NCBI GenBank assembly: GCA_029940215.1
Contig: JAOZRE010000002.1
Location: 1,433-65,432, forward strand
Direction of reading: 5' to 3'
From: a bacterium
GTDB taxonomy: Bacteria > SAR324 > XYD2-FULL-50-16
DNA length: 64,000 nucleotides
The position numbers and the translations under genes are program-made. Of the stretch, positions 28,968 through 38,752 are shown piece by piece (the stretch's first letter is position 1; each line of letters opens with the position of its first letter). Under the pieces are notes generated by a model. That model ran no database searches, was not told where the DNA came from, and saw only the letters and a program-made list of their open reading frames with translations.

Positions 28968-30425
28968 ATGATATCCTCCATCGAAGAGAGCCCGCTGTAC
29001 CGCATGGCCAATCCCCGAAGTATCGCCTTCTTCGGAGCTTCATCCAACATGGCTGCCATGGGCTCAATGCTCATGAATTCCACTCTGGAGGTGGGGTTTG
29101 AAGGTCCCATCTACCCAGTGCATCCCAGAGACGAAGTGATCCTGGGACATCAAGGCTACAAGTCTGTGGAAGATTTGCCGGAGGTCCCGGATCTGGTCGT
29201 CATCGTACTCCCAAGGAGAATAGTGGTTGAAACCCTCCGCGCCTGCGGTGAAAAAGGGATTCGGCAAGCCATTATCGTGTCCGGCGGGTTCAAAGAGGTC
29301 GGTGATGATGGTATCGAATCAGAAAAACAGCTGGCAGAGGTGGCTGATCAATATGGTATCCGCATATTGGGCCCCAACTGTCTGGGGGTTGCCAACCCTT
29401 ATACAAACGTTTGCACAACACCGGCTTCCTTCGAAGGGGATCCGGGGTTCATCGGACTGGCCTCCCAGAGCGGCAGTTTTGTTATTCAGATGTATAATTA
29501 CCTGGCCCGCAACAGCATTGGTTTCAGCACAGCCTTCAGCGTCGGCAATCAGCTGAACATTGACCTGGTTGACTGCCTGGAATATCTGGCAGTTTGCCCA
29601 CACACCAAGGTTATTGCCCTGTATATTGAAAGTATCAACCGGGGGCAGGCATTCATCGAAGCCGCCCAACGCATCGTACCGCACAAGCCCATCGTCGCAT
29701 TGTATGTGGGCGGTTCTGAAACCGGCCGCCGGGCGGCATTTTCACATACCGGATCCATGTCAGGTCCTGATCATATTTACGATGCTGTTTTTCGGCAGTG
29801 CGGCATCATTCGGGCTCACTCCATTACCGAAATGTTTGATGCCTGCTGGTTGCTGGGCAGCCTGCCAAAACCTGCGGGAAATAATATTGCCATCCTCAGC
29901 CATTCAGGCGGTCCAGGAGCCACTGCCGCTGATATTTGCGGCCGGGAAGGCTTGAATTTACCTTCGTTTACAGAGGTTACCCAGGAACGATTGTCACCTT
30001 ATATTCCCAGTACCGGCAACGCGAACAATCCGGTGGACCTGACCTTCACCCGCGACATCCGGGATTTCTTCCTGAGCATCCCCCAGATCCTGATGGAAGA
30101 TGACAATATCGACATCCTGCTGATCTACATTTTCATGCCGAGCAGTATGATGGCCAAGCGGATGCGAGATATGGGCATACCAGAGGAGAAGATAGCTGGA
30201 ACCCAGGATCAGATGATTCAGTCCGCGGGAGAAATCGCCAGGGAGTTACGGGAGAAGTACGATAAGCCAATTCTCGCCTTTACCTTTCGCGGTATGGAGG
30301 AGGCCATCAACAAGGCATTTATCCAGAATGGCATTCCCGTTTTTCCCAACCCGGAAAGAGTCGCCCGCGCCCTGCGGGCGATGATATCTTACTATAAACA
30401 GGCGGAACAAAACCCAACACCTTGA
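28968..30425 (+). CDS. Acyl-CoA synthetase (NDP/ADP-forming) alpha-type protein with CoA-binding and CoA-ligase domains (paralog 2).
   Basis: 485 aa. Clear paralog of 16850-18286 (SIAFFGAS...GPIYPVHPR...PDLVVIVLPR...RILGPNCLGV...). First gene of the apparent operon with the SDR and CoA-transferase. Confidence 0.7.
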   Translation: MISSIEESPLYRMANPRSIAFFGASSNMAAMGSMLMNSTLEVGFEGPIYPVHPRDEVILGHQGYKSVEDLPEVPDLVVIVLPRRIVVETLRACGEKGIRQAIIVSGGFKEVGDDGIESEKQLAEVADQYGIRILGPNCLGVANPYTNVCTTPASFEGDPGFIGLASQSGSFVIQMYNYLARNSIGFSTAFSVGNQLNIDLVDCLEYLAVCPHTKVIALYIESINRGQAFIEAAQRIVPHKPIVALYVGGSETGRRAAFSHTGSMSGPDHIYDAVFRQCGIIRAHSITEMFDACWLLGSLPKPAGNNIAILSHSGGPGATAADICGREGLNLPSFTEVTQERLSPYIPSTGNANNPVDLTFTRDIRDFFLSIPQILMEDDNIDILLIYIFMPSSMMAKRMRDMGIPEEKIAGTQDQMIQSAGEIARELREKYDKPILAFTFRGMEEAINKAFIQNGIPVFPNPERVARALRAMISYYKQAEQNPTP

Positions 30426-30436
30426 ATTGAGGAGAG

Positions 30437-31237
30437 ATGATGACAGATAACGGACGAATTGCAGGTAAAACAGCTATCATCACTGGAGCCGCCAGCGGCA
30501 TCGGAAAAGCAGCGGCCAACCTGTTTGCGAGGGAAGGGGCATCAGTTATCCTGGCGGATCTGAATGAGTCAGCCCTTCAGGAAATAGCTGCGAAAATTAC
30601 CCAACAGGGCGGAACAGCAACAATTAAAAAAACGGATGTTTCCGCCGAGTCCGACATCAAAAGCCTCATCGTTTTTGCTCTGGAACAGTTCGGGCGGATA
30701 GATATTCTCTGCAACAATGCCGGGATCACCGGCGATTTTAAAGGAATCAACGATGATGATGCAGAGAACTGGCAGAAGGTTTATGCTGTTAATGTGATCG
30801 GCGCCATGGCAGCCATTAAGCATGTCGCTCCGCACATGATTGCCAATGGTGCCGGCGCTATTGTCAACACTGCATCGGTGGCCGGGATTCGCGCTGGTGC
30901 AGGAACCAACGCATACAGCGCCAGCAAGGCAGCCCTGATCAACTTCACTCAAACCGCGGCCTGTGACATGGGACAGTTCAACGTCCGCGTCAATGCCGTC
31001 TGCCCCGGCCTGACAGAAACCGGCATGACCAAGCCGGTGTTCGATATGGCCCGAGACGCCGGCAAGGAACAGAAGCTTGGCAGCCGTTGCGAGATGAAAC
31101 GTTACGGAAAACCCGAAGAGATCGCCCAGGCCATCCTCTTCCTCGCCAGTGATGATGCCAGCTACATCACAGGACAGGCCCTGGCCGTGGACGGGGGAAA
31201 TACTGCATCACTGAACCTGCCGGGAATGAAGTTCTGA
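30437..31237 (+). CDS. SDR-family oxidoreductase (3-oxoacyl-ACP reductase / 3-hydroxyacyl-CoA dehydrogenase-like).
   Basis: Rossmann TGAASGIGKA, NNAG motif, catalytic S...YSASK, and PG.TETGM. Confidence 0.85.
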   Translation: MMTDNGRIAGKTAIITGAASGIGKAAANLFAREGASVILADLNESALQEIAAKITQQGGTATIKKTDVSAESDIKSLIVFALEQFGRIDILCNNAGITGDFKGINDDDAENWQKVYAVNVIGAMAAIKHVAPHMIANGAGAIVNTASVAGIRAGAGTNAYSASKAALINFTQTAACDMGQFNVRVNAVCPGLTETGMTKPVFDMARDAGKEQKLGSRCEMKRYGKPEEIAQAILFLASDDASYITGQALAVDGGNTASLNLPGMKF

Positions 31238-31515
31238 TTCAGGGAAACCATAAAAAACAGTTGCCCTCTTCAGCCTTACCCTGCCTCATGCCAGATCGTT
31301 GAGTACGGATCAACGAGTTCGGCCATACCTCTTATTTGACACGAATTCTGGCGGCGCCTATTTTTTCATTGCCCCTTTACCATATTTTTTCTAAACTTCG
31401 AAGGATGATAATCAGGGGGTATTAGTTGCCTCGCCGGGATTGGATGTATATGACCCGCTTGAGAGTATTGAACCACCGGTTATATCCGGGATCATTAACA
31501 AGAGAGGAAAGGATT

Positions 31516-32565
31516 ATGTCTCAGTTCAACGAGAAGGTAATGAGTCTTTCAGATGCTGTCAGCCAGTTTGTGAAGGAAGGTGACGAGCTCATCATTGGGA
31601 ATTATACCCTGTGTGCCTGTGCCGAATTGGTTTTCGAAGTGGTGCGGCAGCAGAAAAAGCATCTGACAGTTTATTCCCAGTCAGGAATTTTTGATGTGGA
31701 GGTGATGGTCGCAGCGGGAATTGTGGATCGGCTGGTCACCACCTACACAATGCGCTCCGGTGGAAAATCCGGTGGGTCGGCTGTGGAGAGGGCTCTGCAG
31801 GCAAGAACACTGCAATTGGAAGACTACACCAACTATAATTATAATGCCCGACTGATAGCCGGCATGCATGGCTTCAATTTCATGCAGGTATTCGAAGGGG
31901 TCATGGCAACAGATCTCTACCGGATCAGGGGTTTTATGGGAGATGACAAGTACCGGGTCATTGATTGCCCTTACACTGGCGATAAGATTTTGACAGTCCC
32001 GGCTTTAAATCCCGATGTCTGCATCATTCATGTTCCCCGGGCGGATAAATTTGGGAACGCCCAGTACTGGGGTGCCATGGGAAGTGTGATGGCTGCGGCA
32101 CTGGCCAGCAAGCGAATCATAGTCTCCTGCGAAGAGATTGTTGAGCATGACGTGATACAGGCGAGTCCCCATCACACCATTATTCCTGCTTTCCGAACGG
32201 ATGCGGTTGTTGAGGTTCCCTGGGGATCTCATCCAACCGAGGTGGTCGGGTACTACAATATGGACAGACTGGCTTACGGCATGTTCCAGGGAGCGGCTGC
32301 AACTGAAGACGGATTGAAGACCTGGCTGGATGAGTGGGTATACGGGTGCCCGGATCGAGGAGCCTATATGGATAAATACGTGGCAACATTCGGTTCAGAG
32401 ACACTGGAAAATCTCAGGGCCAAGGACTACTATTCGACACCGGTCAATTACGGTTCCGCCTTTACCTCTCCCTGGAAGCATGATGGCACAGAACGGGGTA
32501 TGGGAGTCACACTTGAGGAGTTGGAAACCATTATGGAAGAAAGGGGGCTATTTCATGACTGTTAA
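31516..32565 (+). CDS. CoA-transferase family I, subunit A (glutaconate/3-oxoacid CoA-transferase alpha-like).
   Basis: Start at ATG 31516 with a GAGGAAAGG RBS; the ORF is open from 31426. The long alpha subunit has the ...MRSGGKSGG... loop region. Confidence 0.7.
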   Translation: MSQFNEKVMSLSDAVSQFVKEGDELIIGNYTLCACAELVFEVVRQQKKHLTVYSQSGIFDVEVMVAAGIVDRLVTTYTMRSGGKSGGSAVERALQARTLQLEDYTNYNYNARLIAGMHGFNFMQVFEGVMATDLYRIRGFMGDDKYRVIDCPYTGDKILTVPALNPDVCIIHVPRADKFGNAQYWGAMGSVMAAALASKRIIVSCEEIVEHDVIQASPHHTIIPAFRTDAVVEVPWGSHPTEVVGYYNMDRLAYGMFQGAAATEDGLKTWLDEWVYGCPDRGAYMDKYVATFGSETLENLRAKDYYSTPVNYGSAFTSPWKHDGTERGMGVTLEELETIMEERGLFHDC

Positions 32566-33379
32566 GTACACACTCAACGAACTGCTGATCATTGTCGCGG
32601 CCAGAGAAATACACAATGACGAGAATATCATCCTGGGGGTTGGCCTGCCGACTGTTTCAGGAGCCCTGGCCAAATCACTGCACGCACCCAATGCCAATCT
32701 GATGATGGAATCAGGGATTTTCGATTTTGAGCCCCTGGTCAGGCCCAATCATATCGCGGATGCCATGAGTTGTCGGGGGTTCTCTTGCTCCACTGATTTG
32801 TTCACCGCCTTTACCACCACTTACCGGGGATTTGTTGATGTCTGTTTTCTGGGTGTGGCACAGGTGGATAAATTCGGGAACCTGAACACCACCGTGATAG
32901 GAGACTATTTCAATCCAGACTTGCGTTTGCCCGGTTCCGGCGGGGCTGCGGATTTTATCAGTTATTCAAAGCGAACGGTCCTGACCATGCGTGGCGGCAA
33001 TTTTGTGAACAAACTGGACTATTTTACCTCTCCCGGTTACCTGGAGGGTGGCAGCGCTCGTGATGACAGTGGATTGTTCCCTAAGGGGTCAGGGCCGTCC
33101 ATGTTGATTTCACAAAAGGGGATTTTCCGGTTTCACCCAGAAACCAAGGAGATTTATCTATCCGAGATACACCCAGGGATAGCGGTGGATGATGTCAAAA
33201 AGGATGTGCCGTGGGATCTGATGATAGATGACAATCTGAAAATTACAGAACCGCCAAGCGCGAAAGAGGTGGCCTTCATCCGAAAATTCGCACCCACTGA
33301 ATCTGCCGGAAATGCGCTGGCCATAGAACTTGCGACAGCCAACATCATGAAAAAGATGGCCGCCCGTCAGCAGTCCTGA
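32555..33379 (+). CDS. CoA-transferase family I, subunit B.
   Basis: Start at MTVKYTLNELLIIVAAREI, overlapping the subunit A stop (the ORF is open from 32330). The ...SGGAADFI... region fits the beta subunit. Confidence 0.65.
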   Translation: MTVKYTLNELLIIVAAREIHNDENIILGVGLPTVSGALAKSLHAPNANLMMESGIFDFEPLVRPNHIADAMSCRGFSCSTDLFTAFTTTYRGFVDVCFLGVAQVDKFGNLNTTVIGDYFNPDLRLPGSGGAADFISYSKRTVLTMRGGNFVNKLDYFTSPGYLEGGSARDDSGLFPKGSGPSMLISQKGIFRFHPETKEIYLSEIHPGIAVDDVKKDVPWDLMIDDNLKITEPPSAKEVAFIRKFAPTESAGNALAIELATANIMKKMAARQQS

Positions 33380-33415
33380 TCGGCTCTGACCTGTCTTTCA
33401 TCAAGCGGGGTAGGT

Positions 33416-33766
33416 TTACTCCCCCCTATTTGTGCAGGCCGTATTCCACATGGTCTGCAGTTCACCCACCTCGGCGATACCGTTATGGTTTCCTTCACGA
33501 TCCGCCTGTTTCACAACCCATTGGAAGAATTTGTCATTACTGTCCAGTTGAGCATACTGAATAATTTCGCTGGTACATCCCGAACCGTCTTTTTTTAGCC
33601 GGGTATATCCCTTGAAAAATTTCGCGAGTTCTGTCACCAGCCCGGTCCCTCGAGGTTCCAGCGCATAGCCGTTGCGCAATCGCCTGTTTTTCCCGAAGGA
33701 GGCCGGCGCTGTGAGTCCCAACACGATTAATAGCAGGACAGTTGTCACAATCAGACGTTTTATCAT
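33416..33766 (-). CDS. Hypothetical secreted protein.
   Basis: 116 aa with a signal peptide (MIKRLIVTTVLLLIVLGLTAPASFG) and no recognisable domain. Confidence 0.4.
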   Translation of the reverse strand: MIKRLIVTTVLLLIVLGLTAPASFGKNRRLRNGYALEPRGTGLVTELAKFFKGYTRLKKDGSGCTSEIIQYAQLDSNDKFFQWVVKQADREGNHNGIAEVGELQTMWNTACTNRGE

Positions 33767-34569
33767 CGTTCCATCCTCAATAGTGGTTGTTTAACTGAAA
33801 AGCCGAAGTAGGTATTACACCTCCAGCAAACGTCAGCTTACTCTACCGAAACCGACCCACTATTTCAAATCGTCGACCATGAATTCCGGTTATGAGTTTT
33901 CACTGTTGATATGCGGCAATAGAGTCAGCCTGTCACGTGTGATATCATCAACTCGGCTTCCCGACCTATAGCAGGAAATCCGGGTCTGAAAATGCAATGC
34001 CTGACGGGCAGATTAATGGTGCCACCCCAATTTCAATACGGAATCTATACCAATTTTAACTTCGTTGACAATGGATTTTTAAAGGAGGGAATAGACCAAA
34101 GTCTGAATTCATTGAGTTCACGAGCCTCTTTTTCGCGGTCTGCTTAAAATAGCTGCCCGACACAAATACAACCTGTTTACGAACAGGGTAAATCTGTATA
34201 TTTTACGAGAGAAACAGTCATTAAAAGAGCGTGATGGGAAAAAATCAGTTGAGAAGGTGACACCTGGGGTGTGCGTTTTGGGATTCACATGGTATCCGCC
34301 AGTTTTGACTATCAAGATGGTTCGGTATCCGGTACCATTGACGGATCCGGCAGCAGTTACGATGTCGGCGTCAGGCTCGCTTTTTAAGCAGAATATCTCT
34401 GTCATCCGACACACTTTACAAGACTATTTCATAAGTGTCATATTTCGGGATAACTGGCATTTTTTGACTATTTTTCCGGTTTTTGACACATACTCTCAGG
34501 AGATTTGTCGAGAGCCTGAAACGGCAATAAAGCAGGCGCAGGAAGTCTCCCCATAAAATTAAAACCACT

Positions 34570-35448
34570 ATGATCCGGTTCAAGCGATTTACACTTCTTT
34601 TCGCGGCATTGATATTGGCAACCCTTCTGATCAGCTGTTCCCAGCAATCAACAGAAAAAACAGGGCCTCCTGCGACAGTGACAGCAGACAAACCGCCATC
34701 ACCGGAAAAAGCATCTGCAACAGAGGCTCCTGAAACGGAGACGGATGAAGCTGGCGACGAAGATGCAGAGTTTGATGAGATGGATGAGATGGATGAGTTT
34801 GAAGCCGAATTTGAGGAAGCAAAGATTGAGGTGTACGATCCCTTTGGGGGCTATAACCGCGCAATGACCACCTTCAACGATACACTCTTCCTGTGGGTAC
34901 TCACCCCGATCTCCCAGGGGTACGCCTATGTAGTGCCCGAGGCCCCTCGCCAGGGTATCAGCAATTTCTTCACCAATCTCCTCTACCCGATCCGTGTGGT
35001 GAACAACCTGCTGCAGTTCAAGCTGAAAAACGCGGGTGAGGAGACCCTTCGATTTGTCACCAACACTACCATCGGTATTCTGGGGTTCTGGGACCCTGCC
35101 AGGGAGTGGTTCGGGCTCGAAGCTCACGATGAAGATTTCGGTCAGACCCTTGGATCTTACGGTGTTGGAGCAGGTCCTCACATTGTACTCCCATTCTTCG
35201 GACCATCCAACCTGCGGGACGTCTTTTCCAAAATTCCGGATAATTTCCTGGACCCGGTGGGGCAGGAGAGGCCCATCGGTCAGACGGATAACTATGTAAC
35301 AGAATACGGTGTTCGTGCCTACGATGTCACAAATGAAATTTCCCTTCGTCCCGGGGAGTATGAAAGCCTGAAAAAGGATGCGTTGGATTTCTATCCCTTC
35401 CTGAGGGACAGCTACGAACAAATGCGCAACAAACAGATTAAGGAGTAA
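34570..35448 (+). CDS. MlaA/VacJ-family outer-membrane lipoprotein.
   Basis: Lipobox (LLISCSQ), then an acidic linker (DEAGDEDAEFDEMDEMDEFEAEFEE), then the VacJ core (...YNRAMTTFNDTLF...FTNLLYPIRVVNNLLQ...TTIGILGFWDPA...). Confidence 0.8.
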   Translation: MIRFKRFTLLFAALILATLLISCSQQSTEKTGPPATVTADKPPSPEKASATEAPETETDEAGDEDAEFDEMDEMDEFEAEFEEAKIEVYDPFGGYNRAMTTFNDTLFLWVLTPISQGYAYVVPEAPRQGISNFFTNLLYPIRVVNNLLQFKLKNAGEETLRFVTNTTIGILGFWDPAREWFGLEAHDEDFGQTLGSYGVGAGPHIVLPFFGPSNLRDVFSKIPDNFLDPVGQERPIGQTDNYVTEYGVRAYDVTNEISLRPGEYESLKKDALDFYPFLRDSYEQMRNKQIKE

Positions 35449-35450
35449 CC

Positions 35451-36062
35451 ATGAAAACACTGGTCATGTCACTTTTTTTCGCTCTGGTATTTGCCCAACC
35501 GTCCCTGGCCAATGGATTAGCAGAAGTCCAGGGTATTGTTGATCGTAACATCACCATCGTGATTAACTACGTCAAGGACAAGAGTATCGATAAACAGGTC
35601 CGAAACCAGAAGATTATCGAGACAGTCGTGCCGTTTTTTGATTTTGATTTCATGGCCATGGTCTGCCTGGAAAAAAAGCACCGAAAAAGACTCAGCAAGG
35701 ATCAGAAGAAACTGTTCACCAATCTGTTCGTCAAGCGTCTGCAGGAGTCTTTTCTGGAAAAACTGGACCTCTATACGGATGAAGAGGTGGTGATCGAGTC
35801 GGCAAAAAAGGTCAAGAAACGGATTCATGTTCTCACCTATCTGGTCTCCAAGGGGGACAAAATGGATATGAATTTCAAATTCAAGAAGACAAAAAAAGGC
35901 TGGAAGGTTTATGACCTTGAAATCCTCGGTGTCAGCATGGTTTCGACCTACCGGTCCCAGTTTTCAGGCTTTCTGAAGTCCAAGAGTATGGATGACCTGT
36001 TGGCTAAGTTGTCGGAAACCGGATCCTTCGGCGTGCCGACTGGAGAAAAACAGAAAAAATAA
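35451..36062 (+). CDS. MlaC/Ttg2D-family periplasmic lipid-binding protein.
   Basis: 203 aa with a signal peptide. The ...VVPFFDFDFMAMVCLEKKHRKRLSKDQKKLFTNLFVKRLQESF... pattern is typical of the toluene-tolerance Ttg2D/MlaC family. Confidence 0.7.
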   Translation: MKTLVMSLFFALVFAQPSLANGLAEVQGIVDRNITIVINYVKDKSIDKQVRNQKIIETVVPFFDFDFMAMVCLEKKHRKRLSKDQKKLFTNLFVKRLQESFLEKLDLYTDEEVVIESAKKVKKRIHVLTYLVSKGDKMDMNFKFKKTKKGWKVYDLEILGVSMVSTYRSQFSGFLKSKSMDDLLAKLSETGSFGVPTGEKQKK

Positions 36063-36076
36063 TCCCCCGAAATCAG

Positions 36077-38587
36077 ATGCTAAGACAACTATACAAACGG
36101 ATCATCCTTCAACATCCAACCATGGTGCTGCTGGTAATCGTCATTTTGATTGGCCTGCTGGGCTACCAGGCGCGCAAACTGGAAGTTGATGCCTCCGCAG
36201 AAACTCTGACCCTGGAAGACGACAAGGATCTCGAGTCGTACCGGCTTTTCGCCGAGCGCTTCAAAAGCCAGGATTTTCTATTCATCACCTTCACTCCAAG
36301 GGGCGACCTGCTGGCCGACGAAACCCTGGATACCATCCGGCGCCTACGAAAAGACCTGCTGAAGCTGGAACGGATCGAGTCAGTCACATCGATTCTGGAT
36401 GTTCCGCTGATGGAAAGCCCTCCGCTACCCGTGAAGGAGATGGTCAAGAATGTACCCACTCTCGAGTCACCCGGCATCGATAAGGTCCTGGCCAAAAAGG
36501 AACTGCTGAACAGTCCCATCTACAAGAATAATATTGTCAGCCGGGATTTCAAAAGTACAGCTATCCTGGCCAACCTGCATGATGACCCCAAGTGGCAGGA
36601 GTTCATCAAACAGCGTAAGGTCCTGCGTCAGAAAGAAAAGGATGGCACCATTACCCCAACTGAAAAACAGCAGTTGGAAAAGCTTCTACTCGATTTTAAA
36701 GCACACCGGGATATGATGCGGGAGAAGGACCACGACAACATCCAGCAGGTCCGTGCTTTGATCAAGACATACGAAGGCGATGCCGACCTGTTTCTAGGTG
36801 GGGTCACCATGATTGCTGACGACCTGGTCACCTTCATAAAAAACGATCTAAAAACCTTCGGACTAGGCGTACTGCTGCTGCTGGTCATCACCCTCTGGAT
36901 TATCTTTCGCCAGTTGCGCTGGGTCCTGCTCCCCGTGCTGTGCTGCAGTTTTTCAGTAGTGGCAACCAGCGGCCTGTTAGGAATGTTCGGCTGGGAGGTC
37001 AGTGTGATTTCGTCGAATTTTATCTCCATCCAGCTCATCATCACCATGGCCATCACCATTCACCTGATCGTGCGATACCGGGAACTGGTGGAAGAAATGC
37101 CAGAAACCGACCATCAGGAAATCATTCTGGAGGCCACTCTCTCTATGGCCAAGCCTTGCGCATACGCTATCCTGACCACCATGGCCGGCTTCAGCTCTCT
37201 GGTGTTTTCCGGTATCAGACCCGTTATCAGTTTCGGCTGGATGATGACAGCGGGTATAGGGGTTTCACTGGTACTGACCTTTCTGATCTTTCCCTCTGTA
37301 CTGATGCTGATGAAAAAAACCCTGCCCAACCGTTCGTTCGAATCCTATTTTAGCGCTACAAAAAAAATGGCATCGTTCACGGAGCGACATGGCAAGTCAA
37401 TCTTTGTTGTCAGCGCGATTGTCATGTTACTTTCTGCTGCCGGGGCAGCACAGTTAAAGGTGGAGAACAGCTTCATCGATTACTTTAAGGAGAGCACCGA
37501 GATCTATCAGGGGATGAAAACCATCGATCAGCAACTGGGCGGTACCACCCCCCTGGATATCATCATCGATCTTGACAAAAACGATGATGCGGTTGAGCAG
37601 GCTGCCGTTGAAGAAAGCGCCGATGAAGAAGATGATGAGATGGACGAATTCGAAGAGGAGTTCGAAGAGGCGGAAAAGCAGGCACAATACTGGTTTACAT
37701 CTGACAAAATGGAGCAAATAGAGAAGGTCCATGACTACCTGGAAACAGTTCCCGCGCTCGGTAAGGTCACATCGCTGGGGACAATGCTCAAGGTCGGTAA
37801 AACACTGAATGACGGAGACCCCCTCGATAACTTCATGCTGGCCCTGATCTATAACGAGCTGCCGGAACAGTTCCGCAAAATCATCCTGACACCTTATGTC
37901 TCGGTTGAAAACAATCAGGCCAGGTTTTCGGCACGAGTTGTCGATTCAAAACCCGGTTTGCGCCGCGATGCCATGCTGAAACAGATTCGTCGAGAACTGA
38001 CAGACAAGATCGGTGTGGAGCCGGAAAAAGTTCATCTGACAGGCATGATGGTTCTGTATAACAACATGCTGCAGAGCCTGTTTAACTCCCAGATCAAGAC
38101 GTTGGGGGCCGTTCTGCTGGTGTTAATGGGCATGTTTCTAATCTTGTTCCGGTCATTTCGCATCTCATTGATCGCTATCTTCCCCAACCTGCTCTCGGTA
38201 GGGGTGGTTCTTGGCTTTATGGGGTGGGCCGGTATTCCACTGGATCTGATGACCATCACCATTGCTGCCATCAGCGTTGGAATCGCCGTGGATGATACCA
38301 TCCACTATATACACCGCTTCAAAAAGGAGTTCACAAAAGACGGAAACTATATAGCTTCCATGCACCGCAGCCATGAAAGCATCGGCTACGCAATGTACTA
38401 TACGTCCATCACCATCATTATCGGGTTTTCCATCCTGGTTCTATCCAATTTCACCCCCGGTGTCTACTTCGGTCTGTTGACCGGGCTGGCCATGGTCATC
38501 GCCCTGATTGCTTCTCTGACCCTGCTGCCGCAACTCATCGTCCTGATTAAGCCGTTTGGACCTGAGGGAATAGCCGGAATTGAGTGA
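36077..38587 (+). CDS. MMPL/RND-superfamily transporter (HpnN-like putative lipid exporter).
   Basis: 836 aa. Two 6-TM bundles with sterol-sensing-domain-like motifs (…GLGVLLLLVITLWIIFRQLRWVLLPVL… and …LGAVLLVLMGMFLILFRSFRISLIAIFPNL…). Two periplasmic loops, the second carrying an acidic DEEDDEMDEFEEEFEEAEKQ segment. Confidence 0.85.
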   Translation: MLRQLYKRIILQHPTMVLLVIVILIGLLGYQARKLEVDASAETLTLEDDKDLESYRLFAERFKSQDFLFITFTPRGDLLADETLDTIRRLRKDLLKLERIESVTSILDVPLMESPPLPVKEMVKNVPTLESPGIDKVLAKKELLNSPIYKNNIVSRDFKSTAILANLHDDPKWQEFIKQRKVLRQKEKDGTITPTEKQQLEKLLLDFKAHRDMMREKDHDNIQQVRALIKTYEGDADLFLGGVTMIADDLVTFIKNDLKTFGLGVLLLLVITLWIIFRQLRWVLLPVLCCSFSVVATSGLLGMFGWEVSVISSNFISIQLIITMAITIHLIVRYRELVEEMPETDHQEIILEATLSMAKPCAYAILTTMAGFSSLVFSGIRPVISFGWMMTAGIGVSLVLTFLIFPSVLMLMKKTLPNRSFESYFSATKKMASFTERHGKSIFVVSAIVMLLSAAGAAQLKVENSFIDYFKESTEIYQGMKTIDQQLGGTTPLDIIIDLDKNDDAVEQAAVEESADEEDDEMDEFEEEFEEAEKQAQYWFTSDKMEQIEKVHDYLETVPALGKVTSLGTMLKVGKTLNDGDPLDNFMLALIYNELPEQFRKIILTPYVSVENNQARFSARVVDSKPGLRRDAMLKQIRRELTDKIGVEPEKVHLTGMMVLYNNMLQSLFNSQIKTLGAVLLVLMGMFLILFRSFRISLIAIFPNLLSVGVVLGFMGWAGIPLDLMTITIAAISVGIAVDDTIHYIHRFKKEFTKDGNYIASMHRSHESIGYAMYYTSITIIIGFSILVLSNFTPGVYFGLLTGLAMVIALIASLTLLPQLIVLIKPFGPEGIAGIE

Positions 38588-38752
38588 GACAAGGCGAACA
38601 ACAACGTACCCAAACTGTTGAGAAGGATATAACGGAATTTGGATCGGGTCGAGCAGGCAAGTAAAAGAAGGAGGGATCGGCCGGGATCCAAATCATCCGT
38701 GACTCGGATGCGTCCCCGGCCGCAAAAAGCCTTTATGGCTATTTGGTACGAC

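Noticed and set aside
36940-37353. 137-aa plus-strand ORF with a His-rich stretch (HHHHGHHH) inside the MMPL gene.
   Set aside because: It is an alternative frame of the well-supported MMPL transporter CDS. The His run arises from reading the CAT/CAC-rich TM-coding DNA out of frame.
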